Below, one piece after another: positions 38,401 through 51,965 of a stretch of DNA of 64,000 bases (positions are counted from its first letter, which is position 1; the number at the start of each line of letters is the position of its first letter). The notes beneath the pieces are model-generated. The model had not been told where the DNA came from and searched no databases. It saw nothing but the letters and a program-made list of their open reading frames with translations. The stretch covers positions 186,001-250,000 of the forward strand of contig JALMLS010000143.1 of assembly GCA_038496445.1 (NCBI GenBank), given 5' to 3'. This DNA is from Trichosphaerium sp. ATCC 40318 (Eukaryota; Protista; Tubulinea). The translations under genes were made by a program, and so were the position numbers.

Positions 38401-41400
38401 TGTTCAACCAAAGCGATCAAGCAGTTATGGATATTTCAACTTTCGGTTGCTTTGCCAGCAATTAGTGACACGTGTTGAGCTCGAAAGTAGGACTGAATTA
38501 TGGCTTATGATTATGCAGTACGTAAAAATATCTAAAGAGTTGTGGATCTTAAAAATCTTCACCTTATTTTAAGTTCTATGAGTTCGAATTACTAATTTGT
38601 TTAAACAACTAGAGGTTTGATCAGTTTTGTGAAGAACAAGTATATTCTTTACGATGTCGATGTAAGACCTTTGGTTCTCTTGGTTGCCTCGAGGCTTTGT
38701 TCTCAGTCATGGGGCGCACAAGATCTATCAAGAGAACAGCGTGAACAGAATAACACTGTACGACATGTTGTAGCATTTTAAGTCTTATTGTTTCTAGTTG
38801 GGATTTGAACTATTGACCTTGTTGCTTCCTTTCACTACTTCTATGGCCGAGAAAGATCAACTAGAGATTCTTCGTGCTTACTTACTCGGACTCGGAATAA
38901 AGTACTCAAGAGAGAAGCCAACGTTGAAGGTAACTGAAACGCATGTTTTTTTTGAAAAGTTTTGATTTACTAATATTTTCTTTTAAGTTACACCGCATGT
39001 GCTTATCTGGCATCACATTATGCTGTGAATTTATTCCTAAAGTAATAGCAGTACAACTCGTTGTTATAATTGAGAAAGTGCATAAGTTATCTACAGCTAA
39101 ACCAACATACTCTGGGTACATACAAGTTTTTTCATCTTTTTTCGTCTTTTTTCTCAAGTTTATTCTTTATTGAAGGCCAATACTGGAATTCTTTGTTGTT
39201 CTGTGGCTTTATGAGAAGGTTATTATAAGCGCACAGCTGCAATATCATGATTTACAAATAATCTTTAAAACATTGTCGGCATACACGAACCCATCGAAGG
39301 TACTCTTTTCTCTTTGTTTTTTCGCAACCACGTGATCACGTGTTTCTTTAAAAACTTATCTTCTCATCATCTTTTGTTAGTTTACAACGCTTGAAGTTAC
39401 GTGGGCGTACCAAGTACTGATGGGTTGGTTCGTGCTACTGAGCAAGAAGAAGAGGTACTATTTCTTTCTTTCTTTTTTGCGGCTGGGTTTCTCACTTTGA
39501 GGTGTAGGTTGCAATTGTGGCCATTGCTTAGCGTTACCCTTCAAGATATGATTCACAACAAAAAGTGTATGATTGCAGAATCCAACTTTGATACAGTACG
39601 ATTCAAGCAATCACTGTTTTTCTGACTTTTATGTATTAGCTGGCCAAATACACATTTTTCGAGTTTGAAGACTTAGAAGCAGAAGATGACGAAAATGGTC
39701 TTTTCAAAGGCGGTAATAAAAGTTTTTGGGTTCAAGGCAACATAATTATTTGTGTCAAAGAAGGAAAACACGGGTACATCTCAAGCCAAACCACTTTTTT
39801 TCATACGGCTAACATGATTTTTTTTCCAGCTGGTCAAAGGTCGTCCTAAGGCGTCCTGCTGGTTTAATGGTTTGGGTCACACGTCTTCAGAACAGGAGAA
39901 ATGCCTCTGACCATAACACCGATGTTGCAATGGCAGATTGTATGGAGTTCTTTAGAGAAACTTCTCAGGTGCTTGAAAACGAAGCGGCTGATGATAGATT
40001 CGATTTAACTAGGTAATTTATCTTTTATGAATTGTTGAATTAACACTCGTGTTTAGTCCACCAAAAAGTCCTTCTAGATTCGGACAGCGGTTTCTAAATG
40101 ATCAAAATCTTGGTGTAGATACAGAGGGGTTCCCTCCAATAGAGCACGAACCAATTAAGAGCCCTAGAGATGACCATTTAGCTTTACCTCCAGCAGGGTT
40201 TAGTCCTCTTTATCGAGAAGAGACAAGTACGTACACTGACTTTTATACTTTATTGACTTATGTTGCTTGTTTTTTAGAAGAGAAAACTTCGGCGTCTATC
40301 AAAGTGTTTCCAACGTCAAAGCTTCCTGTTGCGTCTACTCCTCTTGATGTGAAAAAAAAGACACAAAGATCACCTGAAGAGATTCTTTCTAATCTAACAA
40401 AATTTTACCCTCCTCTTCCTTCTTATGATGAAGATGAACCTAACAGTGGAAAAGTGGAACACTCTCCTTCGTTCTTACCAAACCAGGAAACGGTTCCTGA
40501 GCTTGGTTTGGAAAACGGTAATTTTTTCTTTCAAACTTTTTTTGTTTGTTTGATTTTGCTCCTTCACCACCTTAAACTCATTGCTGGGTACTTCGTTCCT
40601 AACTCCTATACTCAGGTAAACTAAGCTTAGAGCAGCAATTGCTTCTCCACAAGACACAGTCTCCAGAAAACTTCAAAAGAGGGTTCATTCCTCCTCTTCT
40701 TGATGCGAAAGCTTTAGCAGAACCAACTGAAGATAAAGAAAGTCCAAACTCATCTTCTCCAAGGCCTCTAAGACCTCTTCGGGCTATTAATGAAGAATCA
40801 GACGAGTTCGATGCTGAGTTCAGTGATGCAGAACTAGCTCCTCTTCCTAAAAGCCCAGCTATTCCAATAAGAAGAAAAAGCGGAACTTGGGAGGCACCAA
40901 ATCCAAACCCAGTCCGAAGAAGGAAGACTATGGCAGCTCCTACGCCTCTTATTAAGAAAAACGACCCGGCATCTGTATCTATAGGTTCATCTGCGTCCAG
41001 TTCTTTCCTCAGAGGATCAGTAGAACTGATAGACAAGAATTCTCCTATTTCTGGTGTTCCGGTAAGTTTTCTTCTTTTCTCAGTGTTTTACAGCGTGTTC
41101 TTACTTTTTTTTGTGTTGTAGCCATTACAGTATAGGCCAAAGGCCATTTCTGATGCTAGTCTTACAAGACCTTTCTCAGTTGGTGCAGATAATAACCAAT
41201 TGATGAATTCTGGTAATATTTTGACTTCTTCTGAAGATTCTCTTCCTATATCAAGACCTCGATCTTTTGAGTTTAATTTTAAACATATGAGAGGTACCTA
41301 GCTACAATATCACTTAAAAAACTTTTTTGTCCGTGGCACAAAGACGTTGTATGCTATGGAGGAACTAAAGAAGAAAAGTGTTAATTGTTTCTTGTTTTTA

Positions 41401-42640
41401 GGACCAATTCTTGACAGTCCTGCACGAAAAGGAGAGCCACCTGAGAATCCTACAGATAAATTCCCAGATGCAGCTAATTTTTTCTTATTTGAGATGCGTA
41501 AGATACCAACGATGAAGTCCCCACCAAAACGTAAGCGTACTTCTTTTGTGAAAGCACAACTTAATTTTTTTTCAGTGTTGCTTCAAAGTAAAAAATTGGA
41601 TCTCGCCTTGCGTGAGTTGGATAGACGTCATTGTAATGAAACAAGCAAGATTGGTGTATTGTACGTTGGAAATGATCAGACAACTGAACAAGAGATTCTT
41701 GGTAATGCTGCAGGGTCAGCGAGATACATAAAGGTAAAAAAACCCCAACAAATCAAAAAAAAGAAAAAAGTTTTCTCCTGTTTTTTCACAATAGTACTGT
41801 TTTCACAATTAATAATTATCTAGTTTTTGAGGAGTCTAGGATCTATGGTCCTTCTTGAAGACGTCCCCAAGGGTGTTTACACTGGAGGTTTGAGGTACGA
41901 AGCTGTCTTTTTTTTGTAAACCAAAAAGATGTTTTTTTTTTTTCGTCTCTTCTATGTTCTGACGTTTTTTTGTTCATTTTAGGAATCCTGATACTGATGG
42001 TGAATATTTTATACAATGGAGAGATGAAGTCAGATCGATGCTATTCCATGTAGCAACACTTATGCCTACAGTCGAAAGTGATGACAATTTTACAAACAAA
42101 AAACTTCACATTGGTAACGACTATGTACACATTGTATACAGTGACAACCCTGGATCATATGATATTGATACAATATCTGTACGTTAATTTAATCCACCAT
42201 CAAAACCATAGCCATAAACAGCCATAAAAGTGCTGAAAATGGATTGCTTAAACTTTTTGTTTAATTTGTTTTTATAGGGTCAATTCAACTATGTCGCTAT
42301 TGTTATCTATCCTTTGGATAAGCAGTGGTATCGTGTTGAAGTTTTAAAGAAAGATAAGATGCCAATGTTCGGACCTATTGTATCAACAGCACTCGTTCCT
42401 GAGCGTGCTTTGGCCAAGCTTGTCAGACAAACAGCAGCACATGCTGTGGTAAGTTTTTCATTGAATCTTTTGAAAGAGTTGTTGATTTTTTTCTTCTTGT
42501 AGTTGGCTTCCTGGTCTCTCTGTAAAGAAGAAGGTATATTAGATTATGTACCAAAGAGTGTATACAGGCTACAACAGATTAAACTTATAGCTGAACGATT
42601 TTCGAAGACATCAAATGATGTCAAAAAACAGAAATGGTAA
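35484..42640 (+). CDS. TSC2: Tuberin (TSC2), Rheb GAP, many exons
   Basis: N-terminal LLRGAVFFV/MYGWGA and IVAYEVVLSIQRLVKKYG; GAP domain KIGVLYVG...EQEILGN..GS.RY, YTGGL, FHVATLMP, Asn-thumb KKLHIGND; stop 42638-42640. Confidence 0.92.
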
Positions 42641-43298
42641 CAACAAAAAAAATAAGAAAAAACCAACTTGTAATAATAAAAAAGAAGAATCAAAAAAGTA
42701 TGATACGACTAGTCTTAATATTGCTAAGATCACTGCCCTATGGGTCTTTCAAACGGCACCAGCACTTCGTGTGTTTGTAGGAAAGGTTTTCCTTGCCAGG
42801 GATTCACACTATAACAAATTGGAATGAACATGGAAACTTGTCAATAATGGCTCAACAGACGTTTAAACTATTTTTTTTTTGGGTGAGAATTTGTTGTATG
42901 TGGTGGTTACACAAATGTACAGGAGATTTTGTCTACGGTCTAATTGGCTTTTCATTAGCCTTATGTTATCGCGTGAGCAGCAAAAAAAAGAAAAGAAAAA
43001 GGTTGTCAACAAAATGCTAATTGTACAATTTCGTTGTAGATTCAATTAAGAGTATCTAGTCTTACATCATTCTATACATGCTGGTTACCATGTACCTGCA
43101 TACATTAATGCGAAAATTTACCAACCCACCCTTAAGTAGTCCACTTTCATAACTAAACAAAACCCCAACAAGTTACAATCTTTAGCAAATCAAATAAAAA
43201 AACTGACAGCTTTTAATCACGAACTTAAACACTTAAGAATAACATAATAAAATCACGTGTATTTGAGGTTAGTTGCTATGCAATAGTTGTACATATTC

Positions 43299-44101
43299 CT
43301 ACAATTCACCCTGTTTAAGGATATCATAGAAATCTAATGCTTGTTTTGGCTTGGAGCCTTTTGAACTTGAAAGCCATCTAACTGCTGTCTTTACATTTTT
43401 CCAAGTAGCATTATCTGCTGGACCGGTAAGGTTCAGCACACCATCGCCATCGATAGGAAATACCTGGAGGCTATGTTTTGGTTGAACCTCATATCTCCTG
43501 GTGAACGACTTTGAAGATATAGTGAAGATGACTACAAACAAAAGTTAGTTTTCTTTTTTATTTTTTTGCTGAAGAACTTTCACAGAGAAGCGGCAGTTGT
43601 TGGCTCAAACAATCTTCTTTATTTCCCAAGTTAATAAACTAGCGTACCTGAATCTTTCGATTTTAGATTAGTTGATGTTACCGTAATATCACCAGTATCA
43701 GTTCCAGCCTAGAAACAAGTTTGAATTCACTATTCAGTTTGAAGAAAAATGTATGTACCAGAAACTTGTTAATACACTCAGTGTCGCTTGTTATCATGGC
43801 ATTAATACCCAGAGAAATCTGCTTTTGTTTTTTGGAACTATTATTTTTCGCTGTTTGGCAAGAAACCGTTAGAAGAGTAGAAAGGAAAGAACAGAAAGAA
43901 AAGATGGTTCAACACGTACATAATATAGCTTCTTCCGCAATGTGTTTGTAACTTGCTTTGCTCACTAGTAGAAAGTATTAGAGAATATTTCGAGATAACT
44001 TCACTCGAAAGGTTTGCTTGGAATGATAAGAAAATGAAGACACGTGATTTTGTTGTAAGTTAAATGTCGCTTCAAAGTCTTGTTTTTGTACCTGATTCCA
44101 T
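43299..44101 (-). CDS. Hypothetical protein, about 6 exons
   Basis: A continuous frame can be built with GT-AG introns from ATG 44101 (MES/ANLSSEVISKY...) to ORF 43299-43541; no domain recognised. Confidence 0.6.
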
Positions 44102-45290
44102 GATATTGTTGCTTTGTTTGTTGGTTGTTTATTTTATAATAGTTACACAGATTCACACAAAGTTCACAGTTTTGGCAGTTTTTTTGTTGAATAGTATCTG
44201 GGGAAAAATGCGGAGAAATCATGTCGCTTCTCATTATTTTTCTTTAAGGCACCATTCATACCTTTTTGCTTGTTTGTTTACGCTATTTATTTCGCCAACC
44301 CTCGTATATATGGCGCTAGCACCATTCAAAATAAATCATCACGTGAACAATAACTATTAAACTTCAAAGTAAACGACATTGTTGTGTTGTTACTATTGCT
44401 GTTGTTAAGGACGAGTTTAAACTGCATAAGGAGTTGTTGCTATTTAACCAACGTAATAGTTCCAAGACATTTATTATACACCGGTTGGTATTTAGTTTTA
44501 CAGTTGACCATTGGTTGTAGTTGTCTGCCTTCATGTCGTTCTTTACTTTCATAATGTCTCATATGTTCTGGTACTCTAGCTGGCCGTTGTTGTACCGGGA
44601 TTTACTTATACCTGTCTTTTACCAGCAATCCATGCACTGAAACTGTAGCCACGTGGATGAGTTTTGGCTGTACACGTGTTTTCTCCGCTACAGACGTATG
44701 GGTAAGACTTTGTATGACTCACATAAATCAACTGCAAACGCCTACAACGTGTATACAGAGCATGGCGAGCAGCAATCACCCACATCTCACCCAAAAAAGT
44801 TCCTTTTCAATTTGTTTTAAATACTGTAAAACTGTCTTTTTATTTTCCAAGTGTTTCTTTTATAATAGATAACAAATGCTTGGCGCTGTGCTAGAGCCAA
44901 AGACATTTTGTCTTCCTCCCAGCATCGTCTAAAGTTGAGTCCTTGGTTAGTTGATAGAAGAGTAGTATTAGTGTTATAACTCTAATGTAAAAATATCTCA
45001 AACAAATTTTACCCAGAACCTGTGTCCAATACGAACACCTGATCCACACTTTACTAAGATAGTCTCCAAGATTCTTACCCTCTTGTTCCGTTGGGAATTA
45101 GTTGTTTTTAGTTACAGTTCGCTCTTAGCCAGGCAGATTTGTTTTCCAGATGCTGCCGTATACATGGATATGCGGACCTCCCCTCCGATTACTTTGTGAC
45201 ACCCAAAGACAGAGATAACAGAAAAAAGAGACTGCATTGATGTTTTACATGAGTTTATTTAGTATACATTCGCTTACTTGCTGCTAGGAT

Positions 45291-47664
45291 CTATAAAGTC
45301 AAGTAATCATCTAATCTTTCATCTTGTGGTAAAGCCAAGCTATCAAGAGAAATATCTTGTGGTACATCCCACTCGTGTGAAAGCAGGCTATTCGGAGGAT
45401 CCAAGAACGAGTTTTCAAAGCAAAAATCTCCTGAGTCAAGCAAAGAAGTTGAAGGCTGATTAACGTTTGCATCGCCTAGGATGCGCTCAATATTGTTTTG
45501 TATAGGTAAGAGCGAGGTACCTGTGACTGATTCTGTTGAAGTTGTACTTGGAGACATAATAGGTGATAGCTGAGACTGTATATGTGAAGAGCCCTGCCTC
45601 TTTGTTCGATTTGCTATTGCAAAAAGTGGTTCAGATGCAAGTAAGTTACATCCTTGTTCTTGAAGCTTTTGAAGCATTGCAGCTACGCTATGTACATTAA
45701 AAATCTTAAAGAGATTTGAATAACGTTTATAGCTATCCACAACTGCCTTTAAAGAGAAGTTAAGTGAAATATTAGAAAAATAAGCTTATTTGTACATTTG
45801 GCGGAACACGTGATACCATGGCTAAAACAACCTAGATACAACGTTAGCAATTTGAGTTTTTCAATGTTCATGTCTTACGTTACTCATTAGTCTTGCTAGG
45901 CTCCACCTAGAGTCATGAGTGAGTATTTTTGAGCTTAACATTAGAGTGTGTACTTTGTTGACAAGTCTCTCATGAGATCCAAACATACCATGAACTTCTC
46001 TGCACATTCAATAGTAGCAAACACCTATCAAGATCAGATAATAATAGCACTCTGGGTTAATTACCTCAATCAAAGATTTCAATAAGAATGTACTTAGTAC
46101 TGTACTGGAAGGATCCATTTCCATCAATATAGAAAGTGCTCGTTCGGCATGCTTGTAAAAAAATTAAACGGAGTAACAAACATCACAGTCACGTACTTTG
46201 AATGCTCTGTCATTGTTTCTAGACGCAATACTGATAGATGTTCTTGCGAGATGAAGTAAAACACGAGCATGAGTTGCAACGGGATAACGAGAGCCTTCCT
46301 CTGCCTGAGTCAACAGTAGCTAGAAACCATTAGAACAGAAGGAGTTAAATAATCTCTGTAGCTCACGTAAAACATTGCCTTTTCTGCTACTGTAATACTT
46401 CTACCCTGCTCTTGAATATAACGTATCTAATAAAACATAAGAAGGTAAACTCTTAGCAATTTACAGTACACTGCTGATAACTTTCAATGAAAGAACAAGG
46501 ACCAACATTGTTCTATCAGAAACGCTTAAAAGACCAACCTGTCCTAAAAAAAAAGTTTAATAAAACACGTGATAGTGGAGTACAGTATAAGAGTATCATT
46601 GAACTTGCTTACCATCACATTCTGATAGTAACCCACTCACAAGGCTCTCTACAATATCTTTTTGCTTCGCTGGTGAAGAAGTAAACTTTAGTTGATGGAA
46701 CATGAGTATTCGACACAGTGCTCTATCTTTTCCGGTTGTTTCTTGGTTTATCTCTACAGTATATCGCGAAGCTGTTTTGTTAGCACGTAGTAAGTATTTA
46801 TTTGCTTCTTCAATACTTCCGCTATAAAGTGACATTGCTCCCAATGCTAAATCACCGGCTAATGATTTTTTAACAATTGCTACTTTTAAAGAATTTACCT
46901 GTAACTGTCATATCAAGTATGTCCGCCTTGTCTATTTCTGTGTACACCTTCTTTGCCATGTCGTGGAACTTGTCTTTTAGGCCTGTATTTCCTTCTATGA
47001 AAGCACCAAAAGCTGCATCAGAAAAAGCATGATACGAATGAGAAGTCGCTAAAAATAATCAGTATACTCAAGAATATGGAGAAAAAAGACCTCACCATAC
47101 GCTAGTGTGGTTATTCGCGGAGGTTTTGAGTATAAATTACCAACCTCCGAGCAATACATAGAGTCTATATAGCGAAAAACAACGTTCTTATTGACCTGGA
47201 TAAAAATTAATAATTATGCAGTAACATCGAAGAACTGAATTTGTCGCGTGCCATTTGGGTATCAACACCAGCGCACATAAGTGAATTTGAGTAAATTTGC
47301 TGTTGGCTAGGAGCAGTTCTCAATACATCTAACTCGTTGTTCTGTCTCTCTACGATTCGTTCCAACTCCGCTATTCTGTCAAAGTATTTTTGTCGAAACC
47401 CTTTTTCTAATCAACTCACCACTTCTTCGGCTGTTTTTTATCATTTACGCACCTACTCTGGGTCCTCTTTTTCTCTTTAGTGGATAAACGCATTTTATAT
47501 TTGATTTAGCGCATCTATCACATGGAGAGCCTTTGTTGAAGTCAGTGTATATGTATTTAATAATTACTACCTCCAGAACATTTCTCATGTCGTTTTTTAC
47601 AGCTTGCGCAAGCCCACGTTTTTTCGGACTGTCTTTTTCTCTTCTTTTGTTTACTATCAGACAT
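45291..47664 (-). CDS. Zn(II)2Cys6 binuclear-cluster transcription factor with helical middle region and acidic tail, multi-exon
   Basis: MSDSKQKKRKRQSEKTWACASCKKRHEKCSG/GSPCDRCAKSNIKCVYPLKRKRGPR; last exon is ORF 45291-45740. Confidence 0.9.
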
Positions 47665-48139
47665 TAGTGTACCACTATTTGTCCTATGAAGTTATCACAC
47701 GATCATGAATGATAGAATCTCTAAATTTCTCGTGCCTAAAGAGTCAAATGATGTCTGATGATGCCACACTTATAAAAACACATCAAAACATACATTGAAC
47801 GCAGCTACAACGCGACGGTACAATAGTTTAAAGCTTCAGAGAAGAGGGAAAAATGACGCTATTGGAACAAGTCGCGTTATATAAGGTTTACTGTGAATCT
47901 TTAGGCTTTAGTATTTAAATTCATCAGCTGTACAGCTTGGGTAAGAATTGGCAAATATGAAATACCTCTTAAAAACACGTGGCAAAGCTGAAACTGATCT
48001 GATTGTTTTCTGACATAAAACTGTTTATTCCGAACTAAAAACTAATGTTGCTACTAATGCTCAATGCGATCCGAAAGTGGGACCTATCGCTTCTTTGGAC
48101 GGGTAGGAGTGTCAGAAATTCGGGAAAGAGCTCCAACCT

Positions 48140-48295
48140 ATGGACATTAAAGTGGTGTAAAAACCTCTTGTAAATCTTCTAATAGTATTGTCAAAGAGTT
48201 GCTGATGTTCATTCAATTGAGCGTATATGTTAAAGGTAGTTCAAATATGGGCATCAAAACTGTTGGCGTTCACAATACAATAACCCTGGTACCAA
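48140..48295 (+). pseudogene. Decayed GVHTI-type LRR fragment
   Basis: Frameshifted remnants SGVKT / IVKEL..DVHSIE / SNMGIKTVGVHNTI resemble the LRR consensus of the neighbouring F-box/LRR genes. Confidence 0.5.
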
Positions 48296-48380
48296 TTAAC
48301 GTGTCAGGTCAACAGCTTCTGATCGAACACAACAAAAAACAATCACAAAGAATGTTTATTTTTTATCACAAGCACTACGT

Positions 48381-49784
48381 TCATTTTGTTGTGTAGTGTA
48401 CTCTATCAGTAAAGAATACTCTAGAAATACCACAATTTTTAATTCCCTTTGTAGTGACACGTGATCTACCCATGTAAAGTGTATGAAGCCCAACAAGTTC
48501 TTTTATCCCTTCATTGCTAACTTTTGTACTTTCAACGTTCAATAAATGAACACCTCTAAGAGCTTTAATCCCTTCGTCAGTGACAGCTGTACCTCTTAGT
48601 GATATACTATGAACACCAGCCAGATGTTTAACACCTTCATCAGTAACAGCAGTTTCACCAAGCGATATTTTGTGAACGCCAGCAAGATGCTTAATGCCTT
48701 CATCAGTTACACTCGTTTCTCCAATATGAATCGTATGAATACCAGCTAGATGTTGTAATATGTTGTCGGTTATTTTTGTTTGGTTTAAATGTAACGTATG
48801 AGCTCCTTTCAAGTGCATGACACCATCATCTGTTACAGGTGTACCAACAAGAGCTATGCAATGAACCCCAGAAAGATATTGTAGACAATCATCTGTTATA
48901 TTAGTCTGACCTAGGTATATTGTATGTACTCCTTGAAGTGCTTTCACGCCTTCATCAGTGACAGAAGTAAAACTTAGATCAATCTTATGAACTCCAGCAA
49001 ACGCTTTCACAGAGTCATCTAGCACTCTAGTAAAGCTTAAATCAAGCGTGTGAACGCCAGCAAGAAGTTTGACATGTTTGTCTATTGTAGCAGCCTTACA
49101 AAGGCTGATAGTGTGTACACCGGCAAGCGCTTTGAATGTACTTTCATTTAGAGTAAAGCAGCAAGTAAGATCTATTGTGTGAACGCCGGATAACGCTTCA
49201 ATACCGAGCGTTACAAAACGTAAAATCTTCGTACGTTTAAGGAATAAAAACCCGCGAAAAATATGCTCATTAAACGTTCTAAACTCCATTGTATCATCTG
49301 GACGTCTCTCTCCTATCTGTCTTATCACCTCCATGGAGCATTGCCGGAAGAAAAAGGTGTGAACGCCCGCTAGAGCCTCAATACCAGAATTTGATATTTT
49401 TGAACATCCGCTTAGATTTATCTTGTGAACTCCTGCCAAGTGTCTTAAACCTTCATTTGTTATCTTACTCTGAGAAGTAAGATCTATTTCACGTGCTCCA
49501 GATAACAAGGGCATGTGCTTATCCCTTAGAACGATATTCCTATCAAAACAAATGAGAGACGTTCTAAACACTTCTGGATGAGCTTTTCGTATGTTGATCA
49601 AGTCTTTAATCTTTTTTATGCGGATAGCCCTGTTTGGCTTGTATTTTAGATACTTTGTAGCTACATCGTCAAATAAATGACATACACGAATGACAGGGGT
49701 CAAATGATTGGGATTTAAGAATGTTAGAATTCGAAGAGTTATTTCTGTTGGTACAATGTTGAAAAAAGCCGATTTGGAGTCCAT
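48381..49784 (-). CDS. F-box + about 15 LRR (GVHTI type) protein, intronless; paralog of 16831-18783
   Basis: FFNIVPTEITLRILTFL...VIRVCHLF F-box; repeats TxVTDEGxKxLAGVHxIxL; likely ATG 49784. Confidence 0.92.
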   Translation of the reverse strand: MDSKSAFFNIVPTEITLRILTFLNPNHLTPVIRVCHLFDDVATKYLKYKPNRAIRIKKIKDLINIRKAHPEVFRTSLICFDRNIVLRDKHMPLLSGAREIDLTSQSKITNEGLRHLAGVHKINLSGCSKISNSGIEALAGVHTFFFRQCSMEVIRQIGERRPDDTMEFRTFNEHIFRGFLFLKRTKILRFVTLGIEALSGVHTIDLTCCFTLNESTFKALAGVHTISLCKAATIDKHVKLLAGVHTLDLSFTRVLDDSVKAFAGVHKIDLSFTSVTDEGVKALQGVHTIYLGQTNITDDCLQYLSGVHCIALVGTPVTDDGVMHLKGAHTLHLNQTKITDNILQHLAGIHTIHIGETSVTDEGIKHLAGVHKISLGETAVTDEGVKHLAGVHSISLRGTAVTDEGIKALRGVHLLNVESTKVSNEGIKELVGLHTLYMGRSRVTTKGIKNCGISRVFFTDRVHYTTK

Positions 49785-50043
49785 GGTTAATATCAGTGTA
49801 CTGTTGTAACCTAAATAAACCACGTTACAATAGAAAAGCTCGAAAATCGCACATACCACACGACAACGTATGGCGTACTCTGATTTTAACATTCGTCTTA
49901 ACGTACATTTCTGTTAAGTAGGTTTATGCACATTTGACGAACACCAATATTATATAGCAAGAACCTTAAGAGCTTGTTACCCATACTGACGCAAACTATT
50001 TTGTACGTATACAAACGTTAGATGGCAGAGGTTGCGTTTCAGG

Positions 50044-50068
50044 TATTGTCCGTATCATTCAAGTTTGT
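50044..50068 (+). repeat. 25-bp dispersed repeat, copy 1 (TATTGTCCGTATCATTCAAGTTTGT)
   Basis: Exact match to 63898-63922; both copies are followed by TTCTGTTAGTT and TGACAA motifs. Confidence 0.85.
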
Positions 50069-51965
50069 TAATCTTTGCAACTTTTGCTGTTTGACTTTTG
50101 TTTTCGAGTTTAGTAAGATATGACAGATCTTGCAACTTCTGTTAGTTTTTACAGAACTGACAATTTTGCTAGAACTAGCAGACCCAACGTTTGAAATGTG
50201 ATTCACGTTATTGGAGGCTTGCTAGGGAAAAATCATGAATTTGCACTGGCCCACGTGATTTTAAAAACCCACCTAACATTTATTTTATTTTACAATTATA
50301 CAATATCTGTTGTTTCAACCATTATCTAGAAATAGGATATAGAACGGGCTTGGTTATTTAAAATTTACAAAATAATAGCAGAACAGTGCGTGTTTTCCAA
50401 ATACTCGCTGAAACACATTGTGCTACAGATTTATATGCATAACTCAACATCAGCTGCAGTATTTACATTGATGATAACAAACATTAAACGAGGTTAAGGA
50501 ACGTATTTGTTTGTGTACAATGTTAATGAGAGTAGTTACACTGTGGTAAAGTATTATGCCCAAATTACAGTTAGTCCGTTTATAATCACATTTGGAGTCA
50601 AGGTTATGTTACAAAATCTGTGTTGTTCACAAAATTGCTTGTAAATTTTATCTTCTCTTTAGGTTATTCCATTAACATCTACTCTTTTTGATCCTGTACA
50701 TTTATACTATGCAGCGCCTGGTGTTGTGAGTACCTGTTGAACAAAAAGAACGATCATAGACTGCTATGAAGCGCCTAGTTAAACTATCTGTGGCTCCTTT
50801 TAATTCAAATTCCCTTCAGTCGAACAGGTACAAAAATGTCAAGGAGGTGTACATTCCTAAAATTACGTTTTATTAATCTAGTCTTTTACACATTGGTTGT
50901 AAACATTAGAAGTACATTGCATGACGAGACAACGCCAATACCCCTTTGTAGCTACTGCTTTAATTGTATGGAGCTGCTTAATATCCGAGTACTTGGAGAT
51001 ACGTTTTCTGTGTAACAAAAACAAAAGTATCCTCCCTAGGTGAGGACACGGTATTTTTGTTTGTTTTCATTCAGATGCACTTCCTAGGTAAGGCCGCTGG
51101 ATTTTTTTTTTGAGAATTCTTTTTTTTTTGGTACCAAGTAAGTTCTATGTTCACCGATACTTTCAGATCACGGAAGCCGCTCATAGATTTGTTACTATTT
51201 TTTTTTTTTTTGGATTTTTTGTTGGTTTTATAGACCGACCATTATGTGTCTACTTTCGTCAGCCACTACGAAAGGTTTAAGAGGGGGTTATGTGAGTCGC
51301 TTCGGTTAGTCAAACCGAAACTAGCTGTGGAGAACTACTTCCATCTGATATCTAGAATATTTTCGTTTCTTTTTATACCTATAAAAACTACACAAAAATA
51401 AATTGTGGTATTAATAGAAGCTTCTAGAAGGTTAGTTCACTGAAAATTCTATTTTAAATACTCAAATATGGATAATGCGCATTTCAAAACGCTCCCAAAG
51501 GCCTGTGATAGCTATTTACACGCGTGGAAACCACAGTGGACAAGTTTTGTATCTAAAAGCGTGCAACTAAACGAGAACTTCTTTTTTTAGATACTGAATG
51601 TTTCGTCATTACTCAAATATGGATAACACTAGCATGTCCTGGGTAGAGATGGCAAAAATACCAGTCCAAGTCGGTTACGGACCGAAACGCAAAAGACCGG
51701 TCTGCGTACCCTTGGAAAATCGGAAAAATAGCCGAAAAAGGAATTTTTGTCAAAGGAGGAAGGACCAACAGGCTGAACCGCACCCTAAAGTAGAGCCACA
51801 CTCGAGGGAACTTAGTAAATTAAATTATAGCTTTTTTGCATATCTATCTCTTGTTTACCAGTGTCAAGTGAGAGCAATACAACTTGGACAGCTATAATAT
51901 CAGTAGTTTTATTGTGTAATAAACTAGCACAGGTAAAGTAGAATACCAAGATGTATTAAAACTGT

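Noticed and set aside
50380-51050. Exon-like fragments with splice signals (similar cases at 9500-9930, 18900-19134, 42730-43110, 44400-45200)
   Set aside because: I could not assemble a stop-free model or recognise a domain; they may be pseudogenes or UTRs.
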